A stretch of DNA of 64,000 nucleotides. Source: an uncultured Actinomycetota bacterium (GTDB lineage Bacteria > Actinomycetota > Actinomycetes > Mycobacteriales > Mycobacteriaceae). The DNA lies in the NCBI GenBank assembly GCA_963759655.1, contig CAVXAG010000039.1:29010-93009 (forward strand), read 5' to 3'. The position numbers were made by a program, and so were the translations under genes. The notes under the pieces were generated by a model. That model saw only the letters and a program-made list of their open reading frames with translations. It was not told the DNA's origin and did no database searches. The first letter of the stretch is position 1. The number at the start of each line of letters is the position of its first letter. Positions 49,961 to 62,403 of the stretch are shown piece by piece.

Positions 49961-50662
49961 TCAGAGCCGGCGGGTGAGCGCCTCCGATGCGGCCAGCAGA
50001 TCGGCCGCCCAGCGGGCGCCCGGGCGGCGCCCCATTCGATCGATCGGGCCCGACACCGAAACGGCGGCAATCACATTGCCGCGCCCGTCGCGCACCGGCG
50101 CCGAGATGCTGGCCACTCCCGGCTCGCGTTCCGCCGCGCTCTGCGCCCACCCACGGCGCCGCACCTCGGCCAGTGTTCTCTCGGTGAACATCGCTGTCGG
50201 CAGGACGGCCTGCTGGGTGGCGGAATCGCTGAAGGCCAGCAGAACCTTGGCTCCCGAGCCGGCCGTCATCGGCAGCCGAGTCCCCACCGGCACGGTATCG
50301 CGCAGGCCCGCAGGTGGTTCCATGGCTGCCACGCACACGCGCCAGGTGCCCTCGCGCCGGTACAGCTGCACGCTCTCGCCGGTGATCTCGCGCAGCCGAG
50401 GCAACACGGCCGTCCCGGCGGCCAGCAGCGGATCGTGCACCTGGCCGGCCAACTCGCTCAGCGCGGGCCCCAGGCGCCAGCGGCCCTGCCCATCGCGGGC
50501 CAGCAGCCGGTGCGTCTCGAGCCCGGCGGCGAGCCGGTGGGCGGTCGCGCGGGGCAGACCGGTGCGTTCGCACAACTCGGCCAGGCCGCAGGGTGACTCG
50601 GCAACGGTGTGCAGCACACCCACCGCTTTGTCCAGCACGCCGATGCCGCTATCCTGTCTCAT
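49961..50662 (-). CDS. IclR family regulator (Rv2989-like), divergent from leuCD
   Basis: [32 protein letters not shown]; TAGTAT -10 lies 6 nt before the ATG. Confidence 0.93.
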   Translation of the reverse strand: MRQDSGIGVLDKAVGVLHTVAESPCGLAELCERTGLPRATAHRLAAGLETHRLLARDGQGRWRLGPALSELAGQVHDPLLAAGTAVLPRLREITGESVQLYRREGTWRVCVAAMEPPAGLRDTVPVGTRLPMTAGSGAKVLLAFSDSATQQAVLPTAMFTERTLAEVRRRGWAQSAAEREPGVASISAPVRDGRGNVIAAVSVSGPIDRMGRRPGARWAADLLAASEALTRRL

Positions 50663-50701
50663 ATCGAGATACTAACTTCCCAGAATGTGAGAACGCTAGA
50701 G

Positions 50702-52132
50702 ATGGCCAGTCCCGATCGCCCCCGCACGATGGCGGAGAAGCTGTGGGAGTCTCATGTCGTCGCCGCCGGCGCAGGTACCGGCGGGTCGCGCGAGCCCGAT
50801 CTGATCTACATCGACCTGCACTTCATTCACGAGGTGACAAGCCCGCAGGCGTTCGACGGGCTGCGCCTGGCCGGTCGGCCCGTTCGACGGGCCGACCTGA
50901 CGATCGCCACTGAGGACCACAATGTGCCGACGATCGACATCGACAAGCCGATTGCCGACCCCACCTCGCGCACACAGGTGGAGACGCTGCGGCGCAATTG
51001 CGCCGAGTTCGGCATCCGGCTGCATCCGATGGGGGACGCCGAACAAGGCATCGTCCATGTCATCGGGCCTCAGCTGGGACTGACCCAGCCGGGTATGACG
51101 ATCGTCTGCGGCGACAGCCACACGTCGACTCATGGTGCGTTCGGCGCTCTGGCGATGGGCATCGGCACGTCGGAGGTCGAGCATGTATTGGCCACTCAGA
51201 CGTTGCCGCTGCAGCCGTTCAAGACGATGGCGGTGAACGTCGACGGCGAGTTGCCGCCGGGCGTAGCCGCGAAGGACATCATCCTGGCCGTCATCGCCAA
51301 GATCGGCACCGCCGGCGGGCAGGGACACGTCATCGAATACCGCGGCAGCACCATCCGATCGCTGTCGATGGAAGGCCGGATGACGATCTGCAACATGAGC
51401 ATCGAGGCAGGTGCACGCGCAGGCATGGTGGCGCCGGACGAGACGACGAACGAATATCTGCGGGGCCGCCCGCATTCGCCGTCGGGTGCGCAGTGGGAGA
51501 TCGCGGTCGCCGAATGGGATCGGCTGGGCACCGATGACGGTGCGGAATTCGACACCGAGGTGTACATCGACGCAACGACGTTGAGCCCGTTCGTCACGTG
51601 GGGAACCAATCCCGGGCAGGGCGTTCCGCTGTCGGAGTCCGTTCCGGACCCGGAACTGATCGCCGACGAGGGCCGGCGCCACGATGCCGAAAAGGCATTG
51701 GCATACATGGATCTTCGGGCCGGTACGCCGATGCGCGACATCGCCGTCGACGTCGTGTTCGTCGGCTCGTGCACCAACGGCCGGATTGAGGATTTGCGCG
51801 TGGTCGCGGACGTGTTGCGCGGCCGGAAGGTGGCCGACGACGTGCGAATGCTGATTGTGCCGGGGTCGATGCGGGTGCGTGCCCAGGCCGAATCGGAGGG
51901 CCTGGGCAAGATATTCAGCGCCGCCGGGGCGGAGTGGCGGCAGGCGGGCTGTTCCATGTGCCTGGGCATGAATCCGGATCAGCTGTCGGCCGGTGAGCGG
52001 TGCGCGTCGACATCGAACCGGAATTTCGAGGGCCGGCAGGGCAAGGGCGGCCGTACCCATCTCGTTTCACCCGCGGTGGCCGCCGCAACCGCTGTCCGCG
52101 GCACATTGTCGGCACCGGCGGACTTGAACTGA
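50702..52132 (+). CDS. leuC: 3-isopropylmalate dehydratase large subunit
   Basis: [46 protein letters not shown]. Confidence 0.97.
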   Translation: MASPDRPRTMAEKLWESHVVAAGAGTGGSREPDLIYIDLHFIHEVTSPQAFDGLRLAGRPVRRADLTIATEDHNVPTIDIDKPIADPTSRTQVETLRRNCAEFGIRLHPMGDAEQGIVHVIGPQLGLTQPGMTIVCGDSHTSTHGAFGALAMGIGTSEVEHVLATQTLPLQPFKTMAVNVDGELPPGVAAKDIILAVIAKIGTAGGQGHVIEYRGSTIRSLSMEGRMTICNMSIEAGARAGMVAPDETTNEYLRGRPHSPSGAQWEIAVAEWDRLGTDDGAEFDTEVYIDATTLSPFVTWGTNPGQGVPLSESVPDPELIADEGRRHDAEKALAYMDLRAGTPMRDIAVDVVFVGSCTNGRIEDLRVVADVLRGRKVADDVRMLIVPGSMRVRAQAESEGLGKIFSAAGAEWRQAGCSMCLGMNPDQLSAGERCASTSNRNFEGRQGKGGRTHLVSPAVAAATAVRGTLSAPADLN

Positions 52133-52169
52133 GTAGTAGTCGCGGCCGCAAATTTAGGAGATATAGGCA

Positions 52170-52766
52170 ATGGAAGCGTTCCGCACACACACTGGAATCG
52201 GAGTTCCGCTGCGCCGGTCCAATGTCGATACCGACCAAATCATCCCCGCGGTCTATCTGAAGCGGGTCACCCGAACAGGATTCGACGACGGCCTGTTTGC
52301 CGCTTGGCGCACCGACCCGAGTTTCGTATTGAACCTCGCGCCGTTCGACAGGGGGTCGGTATTGGTCGCCGGGCCCGATTTCGGCACCGGGTCATCTCGT
52401 GAACATGCCGTGTGGGCGCTGATGGACTACGGGTTCCGCGTGGTCATCTCGTCGCGTTTCGCCGACATTTTCCGGGGCAATGCCGGCAAGGCGGGTCTGC
52501 TGGCGGCCGAAATTGCCCAACCCGATGTGGAACTGCTTTGGAAGCTCATCGAGCAGAATCCGGGCTTGGAAATCACTGTCGATCTTCAAGATCGAACGGT
52601 GTCCGCTGGAACCGTGGTGGTGCCGTTCGAGATTGACGATTACACGGCCTGGCGACTGCTCGAAGGTCTCGACGATATAGGCCTTACGCTGCGGAAACTC
52701 GACCAGATCGAAATTTTCGAGGCCGCCCGGCCGGACTGGAAACCGTCCACTTTGACGGCTCCCTGA
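52170..52766 (+). CDS. leuD: 3-isopropylmalate dehydratase small subunit
   Basis: [27 protein letters not shown]. Confidence 0.97.
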   Translation: MEAFRTHTGIGVPLRRSNVDTDQIIPAVYLKRVTRTGFDDGLFAAWRTDPSFVLNLAPFDRGSVLVAGPDFGTGSSREHAVWALMDYGFRVVISSRFADIFRGNAGKAGLLAAEIAQPDVELLWKLIEQNPGLEITVDLQDRTVSAGTVVVPFEIDDYTAWRLLEGLDDIGLTLRKLDQIEIFEAARPDWKPSTLTAP

Positions 52767-52964
52767 CCGATCAAGATCACCCAAAAATGGGGCTCTCAGC
52801 GCCGTTTCGGGACCCGTCAGCCACCTGTAAAGCGCGCCAACCGGATTCCTGAGAAATTCGCTGAGTTCGGTCGAAATTGCGCGTGGCTCTTGGAAATCAG
52901 CATGTTAAGGGTTTACCGTGTCCTCTAGTCGGTCCAGAAAGGACCACCGGCTTGGAGGGTATGA

Positions 52965-53618
52965 ATGAACAAAGCAGAGCTCATCGACGAACTCACAAAG
53001 AAAATGGGCTCAGATCGTCGGCAGGCAACTGCGGCGGTAGAGAACGTCGTTGACACCATCGTGCGTGCGGTGCACAAGGGTGACAGCGTCACGATTACCG
53101 GGTTCGGTGTTTTCGAACAGCGCCGTCGCGCGGCCCGGGTTGCGCGTAATCCCCGTACCGGGGAAACGGTGAAAGTGAAGCCGACATCCGTTCCGGCATT
53201 TCGGCCGGGCGCCCAGTTCAAGGCTGTTGTGTCTGGGGCACAGCGTCTCCCATCGGAAGGCCCAGCGGTCAAGCGCGGCTCGGGTGCCGGTGGCGGCGTG
53301 CGGAAGGCCGTCAAGCGGGCTGCGGTGAAGAAGGCCGTCAAGCGTGCAGCGGTGAAGAAGGCCGTCAAGCGGACCGCCGCGAAGAAGGCCGTCAAGCGTG
53401 CAGCGGTGAAGAAGGCCGTCAAGCGTGCAGCGGTGAAGAAGGCCGTGAAGCGCACTGCCGCGAAGAAGGCCGTCAAGCGGACCGCCGCGAAGAAGGCCGT
53501 CAAGCGCACTGCCGCGAAGAAGGCCGTCAAGCGGACCGTCGCGAAGAAGGCCGTGGCGCGCAAGGCAGTCACAAAGCGCGCAGCCAAGAAGGCTCCGGCC
53601 AAGCGAGGCCGCAGGTAG
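52965..53618 (+). CDS. hupB: Histone-like protein HupB (HU domain plus basic tail)
   Basis: [30 protein letters not shown]; Lys/Ala/Arg-rich tail. Confidence 0.96.
   Translation: MNKAELIDELTKKMGSDRRQATAAVENVVDTIVRAVHKGDSVTITGFGVFEQRRRAARVARNPRTGETVKVKPTSVPAFRPGAQFKAVVSGAQRLPSEGPAVKRGSGAGGGVRKAVKRAAVKKAVKRAAVKKAVKRTAAKKAVKRAAVKKAVKRAAVKKAVKRTAAKKAVKRTAAKKAVKRTAAKKAVKRTVAKKAVARKAVTKRAAKKAPAKRGRR
53301..53543 (+). repeat. Coding tandem repeat, 9 x 27 nt, in the hupB tail
   Basis: (R/K)KAVKR(AAV/TAA/TVA) x 9. Confidence 0.92.
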
Positions 53619-53629
53619 TTCAGCGACCT

Positions 53630-53665
53630 CTAACCGCCGCGGGTTAATGCGCCCGCGGCGGTTAG
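53630..53665. terminator. Probable bidirectional terminator between hupB and mutT1
   Basis: Perfect 14-bp stem CTAACCGCCGCGGG / CCCGCGGCGGTTAG with an 8-nt loop. Confidence 0.85.
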
Positions 53666-53698
53666 AGTCTGCTTCTCCCGACTCTCAAGCCCGCGCGG

Positions 53699-54592
53699 TC
53701 ATTCCGGCGGCAACGGGCTTGCGATGTGGTCCGCGTCGATCAGCTTTCCGGCGTGCATCGACAGCACCCAGGTACTTCCCTTGCCGTTGCGCGACTTGTC
53801 CGGTTTCACCCGGTCGCGCTCACACCACCACTGGATCAGGTCCGGGATGACCTTTCCCTGAGTGCAAATCACTGGCGTGCCATCTGCTGCGGCGATCTCC
53901 AGAACCCGTTGACGGGCTTTGCGGCGGTTCTGCCAGTACGCTTCCTCGGTCAGCGTCGGCTCCAGGGCGATGTCGAGGCCGAGTTCGTCGGCGAGGGGCT
54001 CGATGGTCTGAATGCACCGCAGCCGATCGGTGGCGTACAGGGACGTCGGGCCGAACGCCAGCAACTGGCCGACGAGCAGCTCGGCCTGCGCGCGACCGTG
54101 CTTGTCCAGCGGCCGGTTTCGGTCGTCGCCCTTGTACCGCTTCTTGCGGCCGGCCGTGCCGTGGCGGACGACCAGCACCGTCTTCGTGTCGGCGGGCACC
54201 CTGGTGAACCGGCGCAACACCTTCCGGTCGTGCGGGTAGGACATCTTGCCCATCGCGTCCTTCGCGGGCAGCCACACGAGATCGTCAACCTCCGCGGTGG
54301 CGGTGAAGTCCCCGCCGAGGTCGCGGGCCGCCCAATACCGTACGCGTTTGACGTCCTGCACTACCTGATAACGCACCGAGCCCAGGGCGTGACCGAGATG
54401 CGCACGGTGCCCGGTCTCCTCGTGGATCTCGCGTACCGCGGCGGCGGGTTCGGTCTCGCCCGGGTCAACCTTGCCTTTGGGCAGAGACCAGTCGTCATAC
54501 CGCGGACGATGGATGATCGCGACCTCTAGATTCGACGAACCCTCGACGGATCGCCACACCACGGCACCTGCCGCGAGGATGGGTTTGGCCAT
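53699..54592 (-). CDS. mutT1: Nudix plus histidine-phosphatase protein MutT1
   Basis: Nudix box [22 protein letters not shown]; RHG motif; TGATG coupling to ppk1. Confidence 0.92.
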   Translation of the reverse strand: MAKPILAAGAVVWRSVEGSSNLEVAIIHRPRYDDWSLPKGKVDPGETEPAAAVREIHEETGHRAHLGHALGSVRYQVVQDVKRVRYWAARDLGGDFTATAEVDDLVWLPAKDAMGKMSYPHDRKVLRRFTRVPADTKTVLVVRHGTAGRKKRYKGDDRNRPLDKHGRAQAELLVGQLLAFGPTSLYATDRLRCIQTIEPLADELGLDIALEPTLTEEAYWQNRRKARQRVLEIAAADGTPVICTQGKVIPDLIQWWCERDRVKPDKSRNGKGSTWVLSMHAGKLIDADHIASPLPPE

Positions 54593-56790
54593 CAGGGGTG
54601 CCGGTGCCGCTCCATCAGCCATACCTGGTGATCGCGGACCGTATGGCCGGCCTGAGGTGCGGCGGTCCATTGACCGTCGGGTCCAAGCTCCCAGCATCGG
54701 GTCGATGGATCCAACGTCGACTCGAAGATCTCGTTGAGCTGAGCGGTCAGCTTCGGATCCTTGACCTGAGCCATCACTTCGACGCGCCGGTCGAGATTGC
54801 GGTGCATCATGTCGGCGCTGCCGATCCAGTACTCGTCGATCGCGCTGAAGTGGAAGATTCGCGAGTGTTCGAGGAACCGGCCGAGAATCGAGCGCACGGT
54901 GATGTTCTCGGAAAAACCTGCGACACCCGGCCGCAGCGCGCAGATGCCGCGCACCACCACCTCGACGCGCACTCCGGCCTGCGACGCCCGGTAGAGCGCG
55001 TCGATCACCTGCTCGTCGACAAGGGCGTTGGCCTTGCAACGGATTCGGCCCTCGGCGCCGCCACGTGCCGCCTCGATCTCGCGCTCGATGCGCTCGATGA
55101 TTCCCTTGCGGATGCCGTACGGGGCGACGAGCAGATTGCGGTACGTCATCTTCCTGGAGTAGCCGGTCAGCGAATTGAACAGGTCGGTGAGGTCGGCACC
55201 GATGTCCGGCGCGGCGGTCAGCAGACCCATGTCTTCATACAGACGCGCGGTTTTCGGGTTGTAGTTCCCGGTGCCGATGTGGCAGTAGCGGCGGATGGTC
55301 GATCCTTCACGCCGCACGACCAGACATGTCTTGCAGTGCGTCTTGAGCCCGATCAGTCCGTACACCACGTGCACGCCCGCCTGCTCCAGGGCGCGCGCCC
55401 ATTTGATGTTCGCCTGCTCGTCGAAGCGGGCCTTCAGTTCGACGAGCGCGACCACCTGCTTGCCGGCCTCGGCAGCGTCGATCAACGCGTTGACGATCGG
55501 CGAATCACCGGAGGTGCGGTACAGGGTCTGCTTGATCGCCAGCACGTTCGGGTCTGCGGCGGCCTGCTCGATGAATCGTTGCACGCTGGTGGAGAACGAG
55601 TCGTACGGGTGGTGGACGAGCACATCGCCGTCGCGCAGAGTGGCGAAGATGCTCTTCGGCGTCTCGCGTTCGCCGAACGCGGGATGCGTCGCCGGGACGA
55701 ACGGCGGGTCCTTCAACGCCGGGCGGTCCACGCCGTAGATCTGCCACAGGGAGGACAGATCCAGCAGCCCGGGCACCTCGATCACGTCCCCGGGATCGAC
55801 GTCCAGTTCGCGCAACAGTAGTTCGAGCATGCGCTCGGTCATGTCGTCGGACACTTCCAGCCGCACCGGCGAGCCGAACCGGCGCCGGGCCAGCTCGCGT
55901 TCGAGCGCCTGCAGCAGGTCCTCGTCGCGATCCTCTTCGACTTCCATATCGGCGTTGCGGGTGATGCGGAACGCATGGTGTTCCGCGATCTCCATCCCGG
56001 GGAACAGCACCGGCAGGAAGGCGGCGATCAACTCTTCCATCGGGAGGAACCGCACCACGCCCTCGACGCCTGGACGGCTGCCGAGCTCGACGAACCGATC
56101 GACATTGTCGGGCACTTTGACCCGGGCGAAGTGCTGGCCGCCGTCGTCGGGATAGATGACCGTCACCGCGAGGTTCAGGCTCAGGCCGCTGACGAACGGA
56201 AACGGGTGAGCGGGATCGACGGCCAGTGGCGTGAGCACCGGGAACACCTGCTCGTGGAAGTAGGTGGACAACTCGGCCCGCTCGTCGTCGTCGAGGTCGT
56301 CCCACGTCACGATCAGGATGCCCTCGCCGGCCAGTGCCGGCCGCACCGAGTCGAGGAACACCCGGGCTTGGCGGCTGGCCAGTTGTTGCGTCCGCTCCCC
56401 GATGCGGCGCAGCTGTTCGCGCGGCGTCAGCCCGTCGGCGGAGCGCACCGACAGGCCCATCTCGTCGCGACGTTTCAGTCCCGCCACCCGGACCATGTAG
56501 AACTCGTCGAGGTTGGACGCGAAAATGGCGAGGAACTTCGCACGTTCCAGCAGTGCAAGCGAGGTGTCGGCGGCCAGCGCCAGCACCCGGGCGTTGAAGT
56601 CCAGCCAGCTAAGCTCGCGATTGAGGTAACGGTCCTCGGGCAACGCGTCGACGACCGTTTCCGCCGTTTCCGCCGTGGCCGCCGGTGGCGCCTCCGGGGC
56701 CGACGTGCCTCCGTCCGCGATGTCGGCGGACGGCCACTCGGTGCCACCAGGACTAGCTTGGGCTTCGGTCTCGGTCACCTTGTCGATCAT
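54592..56790 (-). CDS. ppk1: Polyphosphate kinase 1
   Basis: [42 protein letters not shown]. Confidence 0.97.
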   Translation of the reverse strand: MIDKVTETEAQASPGGTEWPSADIADGGTSAPEAPPAATAETAETVVDALPEDRYLNRELSWLDFNARVLALAADTSLALLERAKFLAIFASNLDEFYMVRVAGLKRRDEMGLSVRSADGLTPREQLRRIGERTQQLASRQARVFLDSVRPALAGEGILIVTWDDLDDDERAELSTYFHEQVFPVLTPLAVDPAHPFPFVSGLSLNLAVTVIYPDDGGQHFARVKVPDNVDRFVELGSRPGVEGVVRFLPMEELIAAFLPVLFPGMEIAEHHAFRITRNADMEVEEDRDEDLLQALERELARRRFGSPVRLEVSDDMTERMLELLLRELDVDPGDVIEVPGLLDLSSLWQIYGVDRPALKDPPFVPATHPAFGERETPKSIFATLRDGDVLVHHPYDSFSTSVQRFIEQAAADPNVLAIKQTLYRTSGDSPIVNALIDAAEAGKQVVALVELKARFDEQANIKWARALEQAGVHVVYGLIGLKTHCKTCLVVRREGSTIRRYCHIGTGNYNPKTARLYEDMGLLTAAPDIGADLTDLFNSLTGYSRKMTYRNLLVAPYGIRKGIIERIEREIEAARGGAEGRIRCKANALVDEQVIDALYRASQAGVRVEVVVRGICALRPGVAGFSENITVRSILGRFLEHSRIFHFSAIDEYWIGSADMMHRNLDRRVEVMAQVKDPKLTAQLNEIFESTLDPSTRCWELGPDGQWTAAPQAGHTVRDHQVWLMERHRHP

Positions 56791-56863
56791 TCCTCATCAG
56801 CAGTCACACAGGCTACTTACACATGAAGATGTGACCATAGGCAACCAGCTGTTGGATTGCCGT

Positions 56864-58548
<1,685 letters not shown>

Positions 58549-58567
58549 CCGGTAGCCTCTCTAGCTT

Positions 58568-59695
58568 GTGACTGCCACCAACCCGCCGGGTGCCACGCGC
58601 AAGATCCGCGTCGCCGTGGTCTATGGCGGGCGCAGCGACGAGCACGCCATCTCATGCGTGTCGGCCGGCAGCATTCTTCGCCACCTGGACCCACAGCGGT
58701 TTGACCCCGTGCCGATCGGCATCACCCAGCAGGGCACCTGGGTGCTCACCGACGCGGACCCCGACAGGCTCGCGATCGAGGCAGGTCGACTGCCGCACGT
58801 CAACGCGTCGTCGGGCGCAGAACTGGCGCTGCCCGCCGACCCGCAGCGACACGGCGAGCTGATCGCACTCGGCCGGCGCCTCGGGGAGGCGCTCGCGTCG
58901 GTTGACGTCGTCTTTCCGGTCTTGCACGGGCCATACGGGGAGGACGGCACGATCCAGGGTCTGCTCGAGCTGGCCGGTGTGCCGTATGTCGGAGCAGGGG
59001 TGTTCGCCAGCGCGGCCGGCATGGACAAGGAGTTCACGAAGAAGCTGCTGGCTGCCGAGGGATTGCCGATCGGCGATCACGCGGTGCTGAGTCCCCGCCA
59101 GGCCTCGCTGACCGAACACGACAAGGAACGCCTGGGGCTGCCCGTGTTCGTCAAACCGGCCCGGGCCGGCTCGTCGATCGGCGTGCGCCGGGTGTCGACC
59201 TGGGCGGAACTACCCGCAGCCATCGCCGAAGCCCGTCGTCACGATCCGAAGGTGTTGGTGGAAAAGGCGATTCGCGGCAGGGAACTTGAATGCGGCGTTC
59301 TCGAGCTGCCCGACGGCTCGGTCGAGGCGAGCACGGTCGGGGAAATCCGGGTCGAGGGTGTCCGGGGTCGCGAGGACGGGTTCTACGATTTCGCGACCAA
59401 ATACCTCGATGACGGAGCCGAACTCGACGTACCCGCAAAGATCGACGACGATGTCGCCACCCGGGTGCGCGAGCTCGCCATCCTGGCGTTCCGTGCGATC
59501 GACTGTCAGGGCCTCGCCCGCGTCGACTTCTTCCTGACCGAGGACGGCCCGCTGATCAACGAGATCAACACCATGCCCGGCTTCACGACGATCTCGATGT
59601 ATCCGCGGATGTGGGCTGCCAGCGGCGTGGACTATCCGACCCTGCTGGCTGCGATGGTCGACACCGCGCTGGCCAGGGGCGTCGGGCTGCGCTGA
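58568..59695 (+). CDS. ddl: D-alanine--D-alanine ligase
   Basis: [42 protein letters not shown]. Confidence 0.97.
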   Translation: MTATNPPGATRKIRVAVVYGGRSDEHAISCVSAGSILRHLDPQRFDPVPIGITQQGTWVLTDADPDRLAIEAGRLPHVNASSGAELALPADPQRHGELIALGRRLGEALASVDVVFPVLHGPYGEDGTIQGLLELAGVPYVGAGVFASAAGMDKEFTKKLLAAEGLPIGDHAVLSPRQASLTEHDKERLGLPVFVKPARAGSSIGVRRVSTWAELPAAIAEARRHDPKVLVEKAIRGRELECGVLELPDGSVEASTVGEIRVEGVRGREDGFYDFATKYLDDGAELDVPAKIDDDVATRVRELAILAFRAIDCQGLARVDFFLTEDGPLINEINTMPGFTTISMYPRMWAASGVDYPTLLAAMVDTALARGVGLR

Positions 59696-59699
59696 GGCG

Positions 59700-60257
59700 T
59701 TATCGGGGCGGTCCCGGCCTGATCGGCACCGCGGGCAGTTTCGCGGCGACGACGTCCGACACCTCTTGAATAGGAGTGGGTCCCGTCCCCTGCGGCAACG
59801 TCAATGCGACATTGACGGGCCGGTCGACGACGAACCATGTGGTGTCGCCGCTGCCCTGTTCGGTCACGCGAAACCACTGGACGGTGTCGACGATCTGAAT
59901 CGCCGCGCCGACAACGAAATCCGCGGACTGGCTGACTCCGCAGCGCAGCACGATCGGCTCGTCATCAACCGAGCGCCATGCGGCGGCGGCGGGCGGAACC
60001 GGGGCCGCGGGCGTGGCCCGCTGGTAGTCGCCGAGGCGCTGCGGGAGCGCGGCCATCAGCGTCGCGCATTCGGGGCTGTCCGCGTGCGGCGCCGGGGCGG
60101 CGGGTATCACCAGCGCCCGGTCCTGCTGCGGTTTCGCGCGCAGCGCCGCGATCACCAGCACCGCCGCCGTCGCTGCCACCGCGACACAGACCGCGGCGAT
60201 GAGCAGCGCCCGCGGTGGACCGTCGGTCAGGGCTGAGCCTTGCTCGCGATCAGGCAC
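59700..60257 (-). CDS. DUF3515 secreted/membrane protein (Rv2980-like)
   Basis: N-terminal hydrophobic helix; C..L...LP, LRCGV, VQWF; start uncertain (overlaps the upstream gene). Confidence 0.78.
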   Translation of the reverse strand: MPDREQGSALTDGPPRALLIAAVCVAVAATAAVLVIAALRAKPQQDRALVIPAAPAPHADSPECATLMAALPQRLGDYQRATPAAPVPPAAAAWRSVDDEPIVLRCGVSQSADFVVGAAIQIVDTVQWFRVTEQGSGDTTWFVVDRPVNVALTLPQGTGPTPIQEVSDVVAAKLPAVPIRPGPPR

Positions 60258-60469
60258 GTCAGTGTGCGGGTGATGCCGGTGGTCTGCTGCACGCTGGGCA
60301 CGATGTCAGCCTGCAGCCGCTCATCGGTGTCGGCGCCGATACGGACGATCACGTCGTAGGGCCCGGTCACGTATTCCGCGGTGAGCACGCCGGGCAGCGT
60401 TGCAAGTTGCTTGGCGACGACCTCGGCGCGGCCCACCTCGGTCTGGACCAGCATGAAAGCCTCGACCAC
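60227..60469 (-). CDS. Stand-alone Lrp/AsnC ligand-binding (RAM) domain protein
   Basis: VEAFMLVQTEVG, YVTGPYDVIV, GITRTLTC. Confidence 0.88.
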   Translation of the reverse strand: MVEAFMLVQTEVGRAEVVAKQLATLPGVLTAEYVTGPYDVIVRIGADTDERLQADIVPSVQQTTGITRTLTCLIASKAQP

Positions 60470-60619
60470 CCGCGCCTCTCCTCTGCTGCGTTTTCTTCGT
60501 TGGGCTTATCGCCGCAATACACTGACCGGTGCGTCCGGCCGGCAGAGATCAAAAGTACCCCAGGTGACAGCGTTGTTCAGGGCGCTGGGGATACCGCACG
60601 TCCACGGGGAGAGTGAGGT

Positions 60620-61570
60620 ATGAGCGACGAGCCGACGCTGGCCGACCTGGGAGAGTTCGCGGTGATCGACAGGCTGGTCGCGGGGCGCCCGTACACCCCG
60701 AAGACGCTGCTCGGGCCCGGTGACGATGCGGCGGTGGTGGCCGCAGGCGACGGCCGGGTGGTGGTGTCCACCGACATGCTCGTCGAGTCCAGGCACTTCC
60801 GGCTGGACTGGTCCACGCCGCACGACGTCGGACGCAAATCGATCGCGCAGAACGCGGCCGACATCGAGGCGATGGGCGCCACGGCGATCGGCTTCGTGGT
60901 GGCGTTCGGCGCGCCGGCCGACACGCCGGCGACGACAGTCGACGAGTTGGCCGACGGGATGTGGGAGGAGGCGCGCCGGGTAGGGGCCGACATCGTCGGC
61001 GGCGATCTGGTCAGCAGTCCGCAGTGGGTGCTGTCGGTCACCGCGCTTGGCGATCTTTCCGGCCGCGCGGCGGTAACGCGCGGCGGCGCGACACCTGGCT
61101 CGGTGGTCGCAATCCGCGGGCAGCTCGGGTGGTCAGCAGCGGGTTATGCCCTGTGGGACAACAACGTTCGCGGATTCGATCACCTGCGGCGCCGCCACCT
61201 GGTGCCCGAACCACCGTACGGTCAAGGGGTAGTCGCGGCCAACGCCGGCGCCGGCGCGATGACCGATGTGTCGGACGGGCTCGTCGCCGACCTGCGGCAC
61301 ATGGCCGACGCGTCGGGTGTCGCCATCGAGCTGTCGGCCGCGGCGCTGGCGGCCGACCGGGACGAGGTGCTCGAGGCGGCGCGGGCGGTGGAGCTCGACG
61401 CTTGGGCGTGGGTGCTCGGCGGCGGAGAGGACCACGCCCTGGTGGCGACGTTCGATGGCGCGGTGCCCGACGGCTGGCGCGTGATCGGCGCGGTGGTCGA
61501 CGGCCCGCCGCGGGTGCTTGTCGACGGCGCCGAGTGGGGCGGATCGGCGGGCTGGCAGTCGTTCGGCTAG
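60620..61570 (+). CDS. thiL: Thiamine-monophosphate kinase
   Basis: GEFAVI, GPGDDAA, DMLVE..HF, NAADIEAMG, TDVSDGL, GGGEDH. Confidence 0.95.
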   Translation: MSDEPTLADLGEFAVIDRLVAGRPYTPKTLLGPGDDAAVVAAGDGRVVVSTDMLVESRHFRLDWSTPHDVGRKSIAQNAADIEAMGATAIGFVVAFGAPADTPATTVDELADGMWEEARRVGADIVGGDLVSSPQWVLSVTALGDLSGRAAVTRGGATPGSVVAIRGQLGWSAAGYALWDNNVRGFDHLRRRHLVPEPPYGQGVVAANAGAGAMTDVSDGLVADLRHMADASGVAIELSAAALAADRDEVLEAARAVELDAWAWVLGGGEDHALVATFDGAVPDGWRVIGAVVDGPPRVLVDGAEWGGSAGWQSFG

Positions 61571-61616
61571 GTCGCGGTGGTGCAGCTCGTGAAGGGACTG
61601 GCGTAGGTTGTCGGCC

Positions 61617-62306
61617 GTGACGGCACGCCCGCTGGCAGAACTCGTCGATGACGGCTGGGCAAAGGCGTTGGAGCCGGTGGCCGACCAGGTCGCGGCGATG
61701 GGCGACTTTCTGCGCGGCGAGCTCGGGTCCGGCCGCCGGTACCTGCCGGCGGGATCGAATGTGTTGCGCGCGTTCGCGTTTCCTTTTGACGAGGTCCGGG
61801 TCCTGGTGGTCGGCCAGGACCCGTATCCCACGCCGGGGCACCCGGTGGGGCTGAGCTTCTCGGTGGCTCCCGACGTGAGACCGTTGCCGCGCAGCCTGGA
61901 CAACATCTTCACCGAGTACTGCGCCGATCTCGGCTACCCGACGCCGTCCACCGGCGACCTGACACCGTGGGCGGAGCGCGGGGTCATGTTGCTCAACAGG
62001 GTGCTGACGGTACAGCCGGGGAATCCGGCGTCGCACCGCGGCAAGGGCTGGGAAGTGGTCACCGAGTGCGCGATTCGAGCGCTCGCGACCCGTGCAGAGC
62101 CACTGGTCGCGATCTTGTGGGGACGCGACGCGTCGACGCTGAAGCCGATGTTGGCAGCGGGCGACTCGCGCGTCGCGACGATCGAATCCGCGCATCCGTC
62201 ACCGCTGTCGGCGCAACGAGGATTCTTCGGGTCGCGGCCGTTCAGCCGCGCCAATGCGCTGCTGGCCGAGATGGGCGCCGCATCCGTCGACTGGCGGCTG
62301 CCATGA
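61617..62306 (+). CDS. ung: Uracil-DNA glycosylase
   Basis: [25 protein letters not shown]; TAGGTT -10 lies 7 nt before the GTG. Confidence 0.96.
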   Translation: MTARPLAELVDDGWAKALEPVADQVAAMGDFLRGELGSGRRYLPAGSNVLRAFAFPFDEVRVLVVGQDPYPTPGHPVGLSFSVAPDVRPLPRSLDNIFTEYCADLGYPTPSTGDLTPWAERGVMLLNRVLTVQPGNPASHRGKGWEVVTECAIRALATRAEPLVAILWGRDASTLKPMLAAGDSRVATIESAHPSPLSAQRGFFGSRPFSRANALLAEMGAASVDWRLP

Positions 62307-62403
62307 ACGGCAGGCACATTCGCCGACGTGGCACAGGACTTCCCGGCGTGCCCTGGCCGACCCATAGTCGCTGGTGCCCGGCGACTTACCGCAAAGGACC
62401 ACG

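Noticed and set aside
52870-52964. IdeR box upstream of hupB
   Set aside because: GTTAAGGGTTTAC does not fit the 19-bp TWAGGTWAGSCTWACCTWA spacing; more likely just the promoter.
52925-53602. Antisense ORF with FFAAVRLTA repeats
   Set aside because: Reverse-complement reading of the hupB tail repeat.
60470-60619. TPP riboswitch upstream of thiL
   Set aside because: A hairpin is present (CCCCAG...CTGGGG), but the conserved CTGAGA and CCTGAT elements are not.
59696-60619. IS element between ddl and thiL (present in M. tuberculosis)
   Set aside because: No transposase, resolvase or terminal repeats here.
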